From Styela clava (Eukaryota), in contig NC_135262.1 in the NCBI RefSeq assembly GCF_964204865.1, positions 11,966,001 to 12,030,000 of the forward strand: a stretch of 64,000 nucleotides of DNA, given 5' to 3'. Positions 63,621 through 64,000 of the stretch are shown one piece after another. Numbering within the stretch: the first letter of the stretch is position 1; each line of letters begins with the position of its first letter. The notes under the pieces are model-generated. The model saw only the letters and a program-made list of their open reading frames with translations. It did no database searches and was not told the origin of the DNA. The translations under genes were made by a program, and so were the position numbers.

Positions 63621-64000
63621 CCCCCCCCCCCCACCCCCGACATAGCCAAACCAAACTTTCTAAAATTATATAGATCTTATAACAAATGAATGATACACAA
63701 GGTCGTGCGCGTCACAGATAAGCGATCAAATTTATTTATGTATTGATTTTAAACGTTACACACCCTAAACATATCCCTGATCTTCCAATTAGAAATCTTA
63801 CAACAAGCATTTTATTAAAATAATATGGTATTCATTTATTTTTGCTACATATATTCCCACGAACAGAATGCCAGCTAATAATATAGTGACATTTGTCAAC
63901 ATTTCTTTCCGAGCTCGCTTAAGTATAGGCATTTGCCACAGCGTATTCGCTATTTCACTATCCTTGTTTAACCACAGATATGGTTTTGTTGGTAATGGTT

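Overview
AT-rich, intron-containing animal genomic DNA (invertebrate; tunicate-like by inference only) with one 273-N gap at 4369-4641. It is not prokaryotic and I see no CRISPR array, rRNA or tRNA. The window is a birth-and-death cluster of two multi-exon gene families that the ORF track shows only as fragments. (1) P-loop sulfotransferase-like genes (Sulfotransfer_4-type, N-terminal MKVICAGMSKCGTKS, 4 coding exons, ~248-250 aa, C-terminal hydrophobic tail): five full-length copies (ST1-ST5, two with probable lesions) and two pseudogenes. (2) Secreted three-domain WAP/four-disulfide-core genes (4 exons, ~170 aa): four copies, one disrupted. The two families duplicate together as a convergent ST-WAP module, in inverted and tandem arrangements, and a WAP upstream region without its gene lies in front of ST3. 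Comparing duplicated blocks gives filled and empty sites for several transposons: a 9.6-kb MULE with foldback-like minisatellite arms (9-bp TSD) that carries an RNase H-type LINE, a hAT MITE and a mini-derivative of itself; an Academ-like element (TAG ends, 3-bp TSD); hAT elements (8-bp TSD); and a MITE inside a WAP exon. A Penelope-type minimal hammerhead ribozyme motif occurs at ~1.82 kb, with a decayed copy at ~41.4 kb. All exon models were built by eye from GT-AG sites and paralog comparison; no database search was run.
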